A stretch of 64,000 nucleotides of DNA from Tubiluchus corallicola (lineage: Eukaryota; Animalia; Priapulida): contig JAQGDQ010000284.1 in NCBI GenBank assembly GCA_030141605.1, positions 236,136 through 300,135 of the forward strand, in the 5' to 3' direction. A program made the translations under genes and the position numbers. The notes beneath the pieces were generated by a model. That model was not told where the DNA came from and searched no databases. It saw only the letters and a program-made list of their open reading frames with translations. This document shows, piece by piece, positions 12,161 through 24,643 of the stretch; the stretch's first letter is position 1; each line of letters begins with the position of its first letter.

Positions 12161-13429
12161 GTAAATGTTTCATGAGTTCTGCACCCTTAATTACATCACT
12201 AGATTTCTCTGCAACACTATTCGATAGAAATAGTTTAACCCTTCATGATGCTAATTAAGTTGTTCAATTAAAATTACTTTCATCAAGTACGTTTTGCTAC
12301 ATTAAATAGATTAAAATTAATTTCGCAATTTTTATTAATTTCGTAATATTAATAATTTTAATCCACGAAAAAATGGATCCAAACTCTATTATTATTGCTG
12401 TCATCATGTTCATTACAGTTTGAATGGTCATCATCATCAGCATCATCATCATTGTCTTTGTCACCATCCTCATCATGAAACGCCCAATTTGAAGAAATAA
12501 TGTTCTCTATAATCACTAGCCTATAGGTTGCCTACATTAAAAACATGTCATAAAAGGCTTACTGCTGCTACAAAAGAACAAAAATATAGGTGCTGGCATG
12601 CTAGTAGTTAAGTTTCTCTCCGACCTAGTGCGCATGCGCCGTTGACCAGTCTAATTCTCACGCTTGAAAGTACACTTGGACAAGCAAAAACACTCAGGCT
12701 GATGAAGAATCAGATAGACTCTAACCTTGTTTACTGATTAATAAGTGAATCAGACGAACTGTCAAGAGAATTTGGCTTAATTGCCTTACTATTGCTTCAG
12801 TCCAGCACGCTAATTTACCGTTTCATATCTAAACTTATTTTAGTACAGCCGAAACATTTATATCTGTAGACGAAAATAATTAAATTTTAACTGTTAGAAG
12901 ACAGGCCAAGTCTTCTGTGAAGTCAGACTTATTTGAATATTAGGGGAAATGGGGGAAGGATTTAGTAATAAAAGTGTGATAATTACTAGTAAAATCACTT
13001 TAACGTCACGATCATTTCACGCTAGAGCGCTCCCATTTTGAAAGGACATTCTTCCACCGGTGACGTCATTCATCGAGCGAATGAAAGCCGCACACTTTCA
13101 ATCTCCGTCAAAAGTATTATATGTTTCTACAAAAAAAGTTATACAGCTAATTTTGCGATATTTTTGCTTCAACATTAGGTAAGCTGCAGAAGTTTAATTA
13201 GTTTAAGCAGCGCACGCTTACGGAAAGTCACGATGAGTTTACGAAAAGTTACGAAGTCCAACACTTACGTCAGAAATTTTCAAGCGAATGGCTTCTTCCT
13301 ACTGGGCCTGAAAATTTCTGTACACCGGTAGTATAAAATAAACTTTGCTTATGTGAACAGCTTAGCAGCAAATTTCTTTGTTTATAGTTTTCTAAGTTTA
13401 AGTGAATACAGTAAAATAAACCCTACATA

Positions 13430-14081
13430 TATAGGTTTTACACGTCAAATGTAGGCACAGGAAAGTTCAAATGTGACTTAGGTAAGTCAAATGTAGACAT
13501 AGGAATTTCGAATGTGTTTTGGTAACTCAAATGTGACTTAGGTAAGTCAAATGTAGACATAGAATTCTACGTTTTTTGTCAATGTTTTACAAAAAATGTC
13601 GGCAGAAAAGAATAAATCGGTTCCCACTTGCCAATGAACAGTGAATCACTAATTAGTTTTTTAAGTAATGCATTAGCACTGCATTAATGAATTAGTTTCT
13701 CTCAAGAAACATTGCTTATTTTAAGAATGTATTGTTTTCTCTAACAGTTCCAATGGTATGTAAAGTTTGCAGAACATTAGTGAAGTATTAGTAGTCCTAT
13801 AACGTTGTTATTTTAACTTAAGAGCAATTATTAAATTGAAATTAAAGATTAAATTTAACATCCTTAAGCTTTACCACCTATCTACATTTCAGATACCAAT
13901 GTCACATTTGACTTGACATGTGTCTACATTTGACTTACCAAAAACGCTTGAGATTTGTTGAAAACCATTGTTAATACATTTGAACTACCTAAGTCTACAT
14001 TTGAGTTACCAAGACACATTTGAATTACCTAAATCTACATTTGAGTTAACGCAGGTCTACATTTGACATGTAAAACCTATA
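13430..14081. mobile_element. Foldback-type MITE (~650 bp) with long, internally repetitive TIRs
   Basis: Termini TATAGGTTTTACACGTCAAATGTAG / CTACATTTGACATGTAAAACCTATA; arms made of ~21-22 bp TCAAATGT-containing subrepeats in inverted orientation. Confidence 0.85.
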
Positions 14082-14906
14082 ATATGACTTGTCCTTTCCT
14101 CTAAACGAGTACAATACTGATTCTAGAAATAACTAATGTACTATTGTTTCATTGTTTACGAAATTTCAGTCACAGTCGATGATTCCTCACCCCCACAGCG
14201 AATAACAAACTTTAATAAACACAATTAGCGAAATAAAAACGATTGTTAAATCACTCAACACCCCCGATTAGTGGGGATTAAATCAAATGAACAGTCATGC
14301 GGATTATCATTTATTCAACCAGGAAGATGAATCTTTGTTTTAACCATTCTAAATTTAGTCTGGTGACGCTTGAACAACGTGTGATCTCGTTTCAATTGAT
14401 TTTGATTTCAGTACCTCTCTACGAGTGTGGAAGATTCTAAGCTTAAGGTACAACTGTTGATTTGTGTACTGTTATTGTTTTTACCTGCGTCTATTCACCT
14501 TACTAACTTACAGGTTTTCCTTCCATAATCGTCATAAATGGTGAAAAATCTGTGAGCAAACAGATTATCGCCTCAGAAAAGGGAAAGTGATGATGGTTTC
14601 CCTTTTGCAACGTTCAACGCTCGATAATAACAACAGTTTGTGGAAGGTAATACGAATCATCTATTATGAGTTTTACTCTTTAGTCTGTTTAATCCAGCTT
14701 AATGTATAGTCTCACAATGAAAACCAATGAAAACACCAACCGTTTACATGTTTTTTCGTAGATAAGACGTATCCAAGCTGAGAATTAATGCAGATTATGC
14801 ACAACTCAGCTATTGTCTTCGCGCAATAGTAAAAAACATTTGTTTCCAATAAGCTGCTCTTAGCAGGTGCATAAGCTGGTAAATATGGTGTTACATTTAA
14901 CAGCTA

Positions 14907-15224
14907 TCAACATTTGAAACAAAATTAAAATCACTAATATTAACCACATAAGAAATACCATCACACCAGTACGACAACATACACACTAATTCAGAATTCA
15001 TATATCCACGGCCACATTAATTAAATCATAGTTTTTTCATTTTTTGTGCATAGTTGATTTTATTCGTCGTTACTTTCCATTACTGCACAGTAGTTTAGAT
15101 TGCTCTGATGCATGTGCCTTTAGCAGTGTAAGTTTTTATTATCTAACACTGATTGATCATCTCTGTAAAGTTTTCATCAGTGATTATCAATGTATTTTAA
15201 TGGCAAATAAAGATTATTATATAT
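14907..15224 (+). mobile_element. CR1/L2-like LINE 3' end (same family as 8080-8520)
   Basis: Reverse-complement similarity to 8080-8400; ends GGCAAATAAAGATTATTATATAT. Confidence 0.8.
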
Positions 15225-15616
15225 GCTAAAAATGTTGGGAATCGGTGATTTTTCCTACAAAAATGTTACTACAAACCTTAAACAAAACCATAACATGCAG
15301 AAATTTACAACGTCAAAGTCGCCAGCATCTTAATATTCTTAAGAATTCCTTCATCAAGTGAAGCAATAGAGCTTCATTCGCATCAACATGGATACCGGTC
15401 ATCCAATATTGCCGAATTTTATGGTTTTGTGTCAACCTTCCTGGCATAGCAGACCAAAAAACTGCAAGATGGTTTACATAATAAATATGACATTTAAGGA
15501 AGTCACGAACGGTAAAGTTTAAGACGGAGACATTTACATTTTGCAGATGAAAAACAATATTGCAGCTGACTTACTGAAATCATATAGGTCTAATTCTATG
15601 TTTAGTCTTGTGTGAC

Positions 15617-16173
<557 letters not shown>

Positions 16174-16428
16174 TGGGGGAGAAAAAAGAGAAGAAATTGT
16201 GGCCGTGGGAAAGCACACGAATTCCGCCTGAGAAAAATAGTGTATAAGTACGTAAGTATTTGAATAGCAAAATTTATATGTAAATCATAACATTAACGTG
16301 TTTTAGCTGCTCCCATTTTAAACACTTATGAAGAGTCAAGAGCTTTTTGCAAACAAAGTGAATACTAAGCACACAGTCAAAATTCTAAAAGATTACTTTT
16401 ATGTTCTGTCCTAGACTGGCTATGTTTT

Positions 16429-16558
<130 letters not shown>

Positions 16559-16989
16559 AATTTCATTTTCTCTTTCGATTTCTTTCACACTCATCAGCCG
16601 AACATTCTTTTTTGTCAAAAGGAGCGAATGACTAGCGAGTCACCTGACCTTTGTAAAACAATTTATTTTAATAATTAACCATAATTTCACACAGTAGCAG
16701 TGTGAAATTACACGGTTTCAAATGACACGAATTTAAGTTTGAAACTGTTTCCCACAAGTTCAAGCTCATGAAAATGGGCAGCTACCAGCATGAATACTTT
16801 AATCACCATAAATTTTATACTTATTAAATTTATTACAACAATGCATAACAACTACCTCCCATGTAATTAATAATACAACCGTCAATTAGTTTATAGTTGA
16901 GCCCCCAGCAATTATTAAACTACACTTGTATTTCATCATTTAAGTTGCAAAATGACAGCAATAGGGAAGTAGGAGTGAAAAGCTGGAAG

Positions 16990-17009
16990 GGAGAAAAAGA
17001 GAGAAAGAA

Positions 17010-17052
<43 letters not shown>

Positions 17053-17179
17053 AGAGAGAAGAGAGGGAGAGAGAGAGAGAGAGAGAGAAGAGAGAGAGAA
17101 GAGAGGGAGAAAGAGAGTGGGAGACAGAGGACAGAGAGGGAGAGAAAGACAGATAGATAGATAGAGAGAGAAAGAGAGC

Positions 17180-17216
<37 letters not shown>
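16990..17216. repeat. Imperfect (GA)n microsatellite
   Basis: Directly visible. Confidence 0.95.
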
Positions 17217-17219
<3 letters not shown>

Positions 17220-20158
17220 CTTAAAAATCGATTTTTACAAAAGTACAACAATGAGTAAGCACATATTCATTTTCTCTTCAAAACAATGTGCAAGAACACA
17301 CAATAATTTTGATTTTTCACGTAGCAAATCAGGGCAACTATCTGTCTTAGTTTGAACCAATATTACTGTATAAAAGTTCAATATTATTGCACATAGAGTG
17401 TGCATTTGTGACGACAATGACACTAAACAATCTCTATATATATATATATATGACACTAAAAATCTATGCGGAAAAAGAGAGAAGCGATCCACACCCCTTT
17501 TCCGTATTCGTATGGGATGTTCATTTTCAACACAAAAGACATCCAAATAACGATCTGAAAACCTTCCGGTTGCACTACCATTAGGACACTTTTAGTGTAA
17601 TTTTCCACTGTTTACTAAACTTTAACTTTAATTCGCTGGCATTTATAGCTTTCCTTTGCGTTTTTCGTCAAGGCACACGCAAGTACCATATAAAACTTGG
17701 CCGTACAAATATGAGTCAAATTATCAATCACATTTACTCGGTTTTCACTCCTAGTTTTTCCAACTCGCGTGTTAGGTAATTACACCTGTTTACTGAAAGG
17801 TAAAGTTTTGTGCTTAAAAGAAAACAATCATTAACCCACATCTGATGGGTTTGTTTAACAAAGTAATTTTGAGGAAATTCTTTAAGGTGTCACAAGTTTG
17901 ATTGCTTACTGCGTTGGTTTGGTTTTCTATTTCTTTGAAAACTGCATTTGTTTATAAAATCCAAATTTTAATGCCCTCGAGCTAAGCTTCTTATTAGTAT
18001 TTTGTAGCTTGAATCTCTAATAAAGTGACTTTTGTGTAAAGCAGCAGAATTGTCTGACACCAGATGAACTTGTATAACCTATTAATTTTAATCTTACGTG
18101 TCCATGATATGTTATGATAGCAATCAAACAATGCAAGAATGGTAACAGAAACACATTCTGCACAAAAAGGATTAGATATTTGATTTAAAAGTGAATGTAG
18201 AAGCATACAGGCAAAATGCACATGACTGTAGAAGACAGGCGTGCAGTGGTTTTGATATTCTATCATTTTCAACTGCTGTAAAGCATGTTATAACTGTTTC
18301 CAATGCAAGGGGTGCTTGCCTACATGCAAAAGAAAAGGAACGTTGTTGATAAACTTTAGGGTGTTTCATTCAGTTAATATTTGTTGATGTAATGTATGGT
18401 CAGTTAAAAAGACTGTTTATATGGGCTTTTTATAGAGCTCAAGGTACGGCCAAATCACTTTTGAATTAAACACCAGTTATTGAGCAATCAAACTTTTGTA
18501 TAACAGATAGTATTTTGTACATTGATAATTATTTATGGTATCGCTTCTTTACTGTATAAACTTTGTATACATATTTCAATTTTAAGTGTTAACTAAGGAA
18601 TTGTTTTTTGAATTAACCATCTAGGTAACTATATTCTTGATAACCAGTTGTATATATGTGTTCTTAAATAAAATGTATTTGTTGCAAAATGAAAAAACTC
18701 CCATCAATAATATTACTGTATGTCATTCCACTTAAAATAAATAAATTTTATATATAAAGTCTGGTTGACAATGGCTGAGGTTATCAATGACGATTAAGCA
18801 GCTGCAAGACTGGTTAGTAAAATGGATGGGTGACTTCTTTATTTGCCACATTTCTTTATTTCTTTCATTCAAGGAGCACGTATACTGCAACAGATGCAAG
18901 CAATCAACTAGATACCGACCAACCACAACCATCTACATAACGTAAACCCTTCGTTCCAATGTTGGAATTCTTGGCAAGTTAACTGCTTGTATAAACTCTC
19001 TTTTTTAATTGACCATCCATTACATCAACAAATAGGCATATTAATTGCACCACCTTAAATTGTATTAACAACGTTGCTCTTCTTTTGTATGTAGGCCAGC
19101 ACCCCTTGCCTTGGACACAGTTATAACATGCTTTACAGTGCTGAAAACGATAGAATATCAAAATCACTATACGCCTGTCTTGTATTGCACACGACAAAAT
19201 TATCCCCTATGCGCTATTATACCGAGGAATTCTTTTCAAAAAAGCTGGTTTAGTGAATATACATTATAATAAAGTTGCCATAATGAAAGTTATAATTTCT
19301 CTCTCAAACCAGTTCGCGTACAGTGAGAAAGCCAGGGAGGTGGTGCGTGTAAGAGGGGTTATCAGAGGAGGCACGAATCTTGGGAGGACGAAGGCGGCAT
19401 CCGAATGGTGTCACGGGTCAAGAAAGGGCAGATACGCAGCAGATTAGGGAAGATTTAGAAGAGGCGACAGATGTAGATCTATAGGAGGTTCTGCAAAACG
19501 TCAGACGAAAAGAATGAGGTCATTATGTTTTACTAAATAAGGAAAACACGTAATGATTTAGGCCTGTGTTGTAATTGTTAAAAGAAAACTCATTATTTCA
19601 GTATTGTAAGAAATTGCTGTAGGACTCCAAAGTAACTTTACGAAAAACTATGCACTAATTTTACTCATAAACCTACTACGTCACAGCCTCGATTTGATTA
19701 TTATATCTGTCTACTCAATAGACTTAAGAGTCGCTTACAATAAGGGCATTAGAAAATTGTTTAAATTTAGGTGTGACTGTAGTTCATCTTGTATGTGTAC
19801 CATTCATAAACTCCGCAATTTATGCATGTACAAAGAACGGCAGCATGTAGTATTCGATACTGTTTATTGCTTGACATTCAAAATAATATTATACATATTT
19901 TGTAGCATTAAAAATTAACGAAAGGTTTTATAAATCGAATTTTTTTAATTTTCATAATTTACTGGGTCGTTGTAATGCGTTTTTATTATAGTAAAAAGCC
20001 ACTATTAGTGAATTAATTTCGTTTACATTGTCTTTTGTATACAATAATGTAACTAGCGTGTCCACTTGCATGTGTGTTTTTGTTGTTGTGTGCTCTGTTT
20101 TATTGTAATTGTAGTCTTATGTTTTAATGTGCTATATATATATATATATATCCCTTTA

Positions 20159-20161
<3 letters not shown>

Positions 20162-20246
<85 letters not shown>
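20162..20246. repeat. (CA)n microsatellite with flanking (TA)n
   Basis: Directly visible. Confidence 0.98.
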
Positions 20247-20247
<1 letters not shown>

Positions 20248-21149
20248 TATTATATATTATTTACTATATATATATATATATGTTTTAAATAGATTTTAAG
20301 TCTGAAATAAAATGTGAATTGAATTGATTCCATGATTTGATGACGTCATGAATTTGGCGTATCAACTCACATATTATAGTGTTGATTACCGCACTGCAAA
20401 CTCTATTTTACCCCCAATATTTTCAGCTGGTCATAGTAGAAAAAAACGCTTAAAGCTGTGCTACCACGATTTTTACAAAAACTTTTGACCACAAGTACAA
20501 CTTCGTGCCTTTTCGTCTTGTTAAACGAATCAGATGATGTTTTCAACTTTTCCATTCAAATGTTAATCCATCACCGTTAATTTTTAATATACTAATCTAT
20601 TTATAAGAAAGGACAGGAGACTAGATGACCCTATGGTCCTTCCCTGCCCTGCTGCATGATTATAATTACTTAATATTTAAAAAACTTTTGATGTTAAACT
20701 AATTGGAGAAAATAAATGTTTCTATGTCTATGTTACGTCATATTTAACTGGCGCATGCGCATAAGAAAGATTAGTAAAATTCATTACAACCTGCATAATT
20801 AGCGTCTGTTATGTATGTGATAAACTGTAGTTCGTTCAACTCCTATAGGTGTTACCCCACACACCTACGTGTTATATGCTCAACGGTTGGACACAATCAT
20901 GTTCAGAGTAATAATTATTATAGCGCAGGATGAAATCATTTTATTAGTCCAGCATGTAATTCAGCTGAACAGAATAGTGGCCCATAGAACTGTGTTGTTT
21001 ACAGCTTGTAATCCTGTATGAATTTATTACATGTATGAATTAATGGGGGTGAACAGAAATACAATTATTTATGATATGCGGATAGTTCTTTAGAGGCCTG
21101 TAACCTCAGGATATATCGTCGTTTTTCAACGCACTGCTATAATACTATG

Positions 21150-21257
21150 GTCTACGGCCATATCACGTTGAAAACACCTGTTCTCGTCTGATCACCGAAG
21201 TTAAGCAACGTAGAGTCTGGTTAGAACTTGGATAGGAATACCAGGTGCTGTAGGCTT
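21150..21257 (+). pseudogene. 5S rRNA-derived sequence (108 nt, ~12-nt deletion in the C-box region), serving as SINE head
   Basis: GTCTACGGCCATATCACGTTGAAAACACC...GATCACCGAAGTTAAGCAACGT...GGTTAGAACTTGGA[del]GGAATACCAGGTGCTGTAGGCTT matches metazoan 5S; no T-run terminator follows. Confidence 0.92.
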
Positions 21258-21639
21258 GCGGGATGCCCACACTGTATTTCGACACTAGGCACAAGCAGCC
21301 AACGGCTAGAGGGCGGAGGATGTCAAGTGACCCAACGCCCATGTGAAGAGGAGTAAACCTTCCAAATCAGGAGTGGAGCCCCGAAGGCGGACCAGTGCAG
21401 CATGCTCACTGACTCCGGCAGCTCCTGCAGCCAACCTGGTGCCAAACGTATCGCTCCGCTTTCCTTTGGACTACACCAGGGAGGAAGAGAGGGGGTTCTT
21501 GTTGTCTGGGCAACTCAGGACCTCCATACACCTTGCCCAGGCGTGCGCCCTGGAGACGTTCAAGGATCGCACTGCTCAGCCACAGTCGACACTGCAGCTC
21601 CATCAATGTGATCAATAACTGACTCTCTTGGCGCACACT
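21150..21639 (+). mobile_element. 5S-derived SINE (SINE3-type) with RTE-related body and tail; 3' terminus missing
   Basis: 5S head fused to a GC-rich body (CAACCTGGTGCCAAACGTATCGCTCCGCTTTCCTTTGGACTACACC...GGACCTCCATACAC...GCCCAGGC), then SRIALLSHSRHCS-coding segment from 21560; second copy at 4448-4646. Confidence 0.8.
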
Positions 21640-22525
21640 AAAAGATAACGAACATAATTAATGATAATGATAAACTAATGTTCTATGGTTAGCTCATGCA
21701 AATAATGATATGTTTTCTTCATATTGTACGAAATTTTTGTAAGATTTCATGGAATTCCAACACCCTAAATAGGCCCACTGTTTACAATATTATCTATTAC
21801 ATTTTGACCATTGAACGTATATTTGCATATTAGTTTTTTTACCTGCAAATAAAAGATTACAATTATAACAAAATTGAAATAATCAGTCTTTTGGTGCAAC
21901 ATTAAACGAAAAAAATACAAAGTAAAGGTCTAATTTGTTCGTCAAAAGTTGCACAGGCGTCTGTAATCTAAGTCTGCGCATGCTCGAAGCGTGGTATACA
22001 GACATTAAAAAGTTTATCTACCTGTTCGTCCTTCACATAATGCCTAGAAAGGGTCATTCTGGCTCAAACTATACCACATGTGGCTTGCAGTTTACAGCCC
22101 TACACTGTAATAGCCACCGGTCAAGGGCTGACCCGTAGTGACGCAGTGTTTTTGCTTTTCCAACTTGGTGAGTTGCTGTTTTATTAAATAATTCATCAAA
22201 AGTATTTGAAAATTTCCTCATATAGGAAAGCAGAAGCGGTCTTGGGCCTGTGGGGTTCCCCGGGGAAGACGCCCCACTGAGTCCTCTGCCTCAGGTAAAG
22301 ATTACACTTACGATGGGATAATTGGCGGAAGTTGTTTGGTCTCTCCTGTTTTCTCTCTACATGTTTACTGTCATGCCTCGTCTCTCTCCCATTACTCTCA
22401 TTGCAAATCCCTTTACGCCAAAACCTTCCACTTTACTGTCTCTTAATAGATTTAAACAATGACAAGCGTTTTTATTATACGTTCTGTGACAAGAGATATA
22501 CTTTAGTTGGGCAACTTCTGTTATT

Positions 22526-22900
22526 TAGTAGTAGTAGTAGTAAAATCTTTATTTGCCATTTTAAAAACATTGACCATCATAGTAAAAGACAGACAATCAG
22601 AGCTAGTTCATATAAAAACATACACTGTTCTGGGCAAATGCGTGTGGTGCAAGCTAAGCTATAAGTGCAACTAGAAATTCAAAAATAAAATATAAACTAG
22701 TTTAGTAAGGTCTAGGAAAAATGAAATTATGATTTGAGTAAGTATCATCGTGTTCGTATGTCGGATGCCAAAACGAGTCATTAAATGTTTTTTTTTAATT
22801 TAGACTTGAATATTTATAAAGAGCTGATGTGTTTTAGTGATGTCGGTAATGAATTCCATTTAGTGTAAAAATGTTGAATTCTGCATGAACTCTTTGCCTG
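22526..22900 (-). mobile_element. CR1/L2-like LINE 3' end with (TAC)n tail
   Basis: Minus strand ...FYTKWNSLPTSLKHISSL..., with a 3'UTR ending GGCAAATAAAGATTTTACTACTACT; near-identical 3'UTR at 49500-49735 and a stub at 37301-37353. Confidence 0.8.
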
Positions 22901-22944
22901 TGAAACAGATATTGATCTTTTACGGTGGGGCAAAATAATACAAT

Positions 22945-23281
22945 CAGGGCCTATTTCGGGGGGGGAGTGGGGATACTTCCCCAGGGCCTCACCCTCCAGG
23001 GTACCTCGTGTCAAGGTAACATTTTTTTGCTTTATGCGAACATACCTGCCCCCTCTCTCTCCCTACCTCCTTCCCTCCCTCCCTCCCTCCCTCCCTCTCT
23101 CTCTCTCTCTTTCTCTCTCTCTCCCCCCTCCCCCTCTCTCTCTCTCTCTCTTACCGCACGCGTGCCATTTGCCAGTATTGACAAGTATTAAGGACTGGTC
23201 TTGAGAATAAAGCAGTTTTTCTTTCAATTATTCTTTATTTTAACAACTGTATAACTCCATATTTGGCTGAAATAGGCCCTG
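22945..23281. mobile_element. Complete hAT-type MITE, 337 bp
   Basis: Perfect 13-bp TIRs CAGGGCCTATTTC / GAAATAGGCCCTG and perfect 8-bp TSD AATACAAT (22937-22944, 23282-23289). Confidence 0.92.
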
Positions 23282-24135
23282 AATACAATGACCACAGATT
23301 TAGCTAAATGTTAATGTTTAGTGATACCATAGAAGGGTTACCAAAAGCTCACATAATAAGAAATGGCTTTCTATAGAGTATAAAATTGATCACTCGTTAG
23401 TTTTTGAGCCAATAATTTCTTGCATCCTTATTCGTTTATAGTGCCAATTGTCAGTGCAGTCGCCTGAATTACTTTACACTGTCTATTATCAATGCATCGT
23501 GGTTAGGTTTTTGATTTTTACAACCCAGCCACGCTGGTATTAGATTTGATGTAAAATTTGATAACATCATCAAAGCGACGCATTTTATTGTGCTAAAGTG
23601 TGCATTATAATCCAAGATGAAGAGGAATAATGGAATCAGATTCGGATACGTACCGACATACACGCTTTTAAACCAATAAAATACTCCTAGCCGCCCTTAG
23701 GGCAAATTGTGATTCAGCCCCGTGGAAGATGCTACACTAAGCTTGGCCAAAAAAACTGGTTTCAAGGCAATTTTATATCGATTTGAGAAAATTGACCATC
23801 TTTTGCAAAATATAATTTCTATCAGATTGCCCAAATTTGGAAATAATTTTGTATTTATTTCAAAATTTTGAACTTTTATTGTATTGTTCGCGAAAATTCT
23901 ACACAAAAGGTCACGTCTATAATTTGGGACAAAAGCGGATTTCCTTTCCGAAAGAGATTAACAATATTTTAGGTCCTAAACATATAAGCAACAGAAAAAT
24001 TCGTATATGCTACCAACAATTCCAGCTAAGCCTTGAACTTGAAGTAACCACCGATTTGCTACAAAATGGGCATAAAAATAACCTAAAAAGTGAATAACTA
24101 AAGCTAATTTGGGCTAAAATTTGGCTACTTTTGTA

Positions 24136-24378
24136 ACAAGTCATATTACTTGTTTTATTAAGTTGAAATGTGCAGAATGCTTCGTCATTTTTGTGACTTA
24201 CACGTGTAATGAAAAGTATCTCTCGAAGATTTTAAGATTGTCCAAGAAATTTTCCGAGTAATCTACAGCAAAAAGTTTAGTGTGACACGCTTGAATGCAC
24301 CCAAACAGCAATGACGTAAAACTCGATTGTTTTTCAAAACATTCGATTATTTATGTTTCTCAAAGTCTAACTTCGCCT
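24136..24378. repeat. Dispersed repeat; inverted related copy at 27799-28041
   Basis: TTTTCCGAGTAATCTACAGCAAAAAGTTTAGTGTG...CGCTTGAATGCACCCAAACA...TCGATTGTTTTTCAAAACATTCGA matches the reverse complement of 27843-27940. Confidence 0.8.
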
Positions 24379-24587
24379 AGCTTAGGAGACTGCAGAGGAA
24401 AAGAAACGTTTTGGTCTACATAGATTTACCTTTCTACATGGCTGTTCTTTGCAGCTTTGTTAGAGTTATACTGCCAGTAGAGCGTTGCTTATGCCACGAA
24501 AAATGTTTAGGTTAGAACCCGTATGAATGTTGCAAAACATTGGTGTAGGACCTGTGATATTCTTGTGCGTTTGAATAAGACCTGATG

Positions 24588-24643
24588 AGTAGAGTAGAGT
24601 AGAGTAGAGTAGAGTAGAGTAGAGTAGAGTAGAGTAGAGTAGA
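24588..24643. repeat. (AGAGT)n pentanucleotide microsatellite
   Basis: Directly visible. Confidence 0.97.

Noticed and set aside
17900-18700. Possible 3'UTR of a plus-strand gene (U-rich, AATAAA near 18667)
   Set aside because: No upstream coding exon identified; composition alone is insufficient.
21150-21257. Functional 5S rRNA gene
   Set aside because: About 12 nt deleted in the C-box region, several substitutions, no oligo-T terminator, single copy, and fused to a retroelement-like body.
21258-21345. HDV-like ribozyme after the 5S head (known from some RTE 5'UTRs)
   Set aside because: I could not build the nested double pseudoknot by eye; it would need a descriptor search.
21343-21636. 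Short ORFs 21343..21618, 21402..21611, 21406..21636 and 4375..4560 sharing a peptide
   Set aside because: The shared peptide reflects two copies of the SINE; the informative RTE motif is in a different frame.
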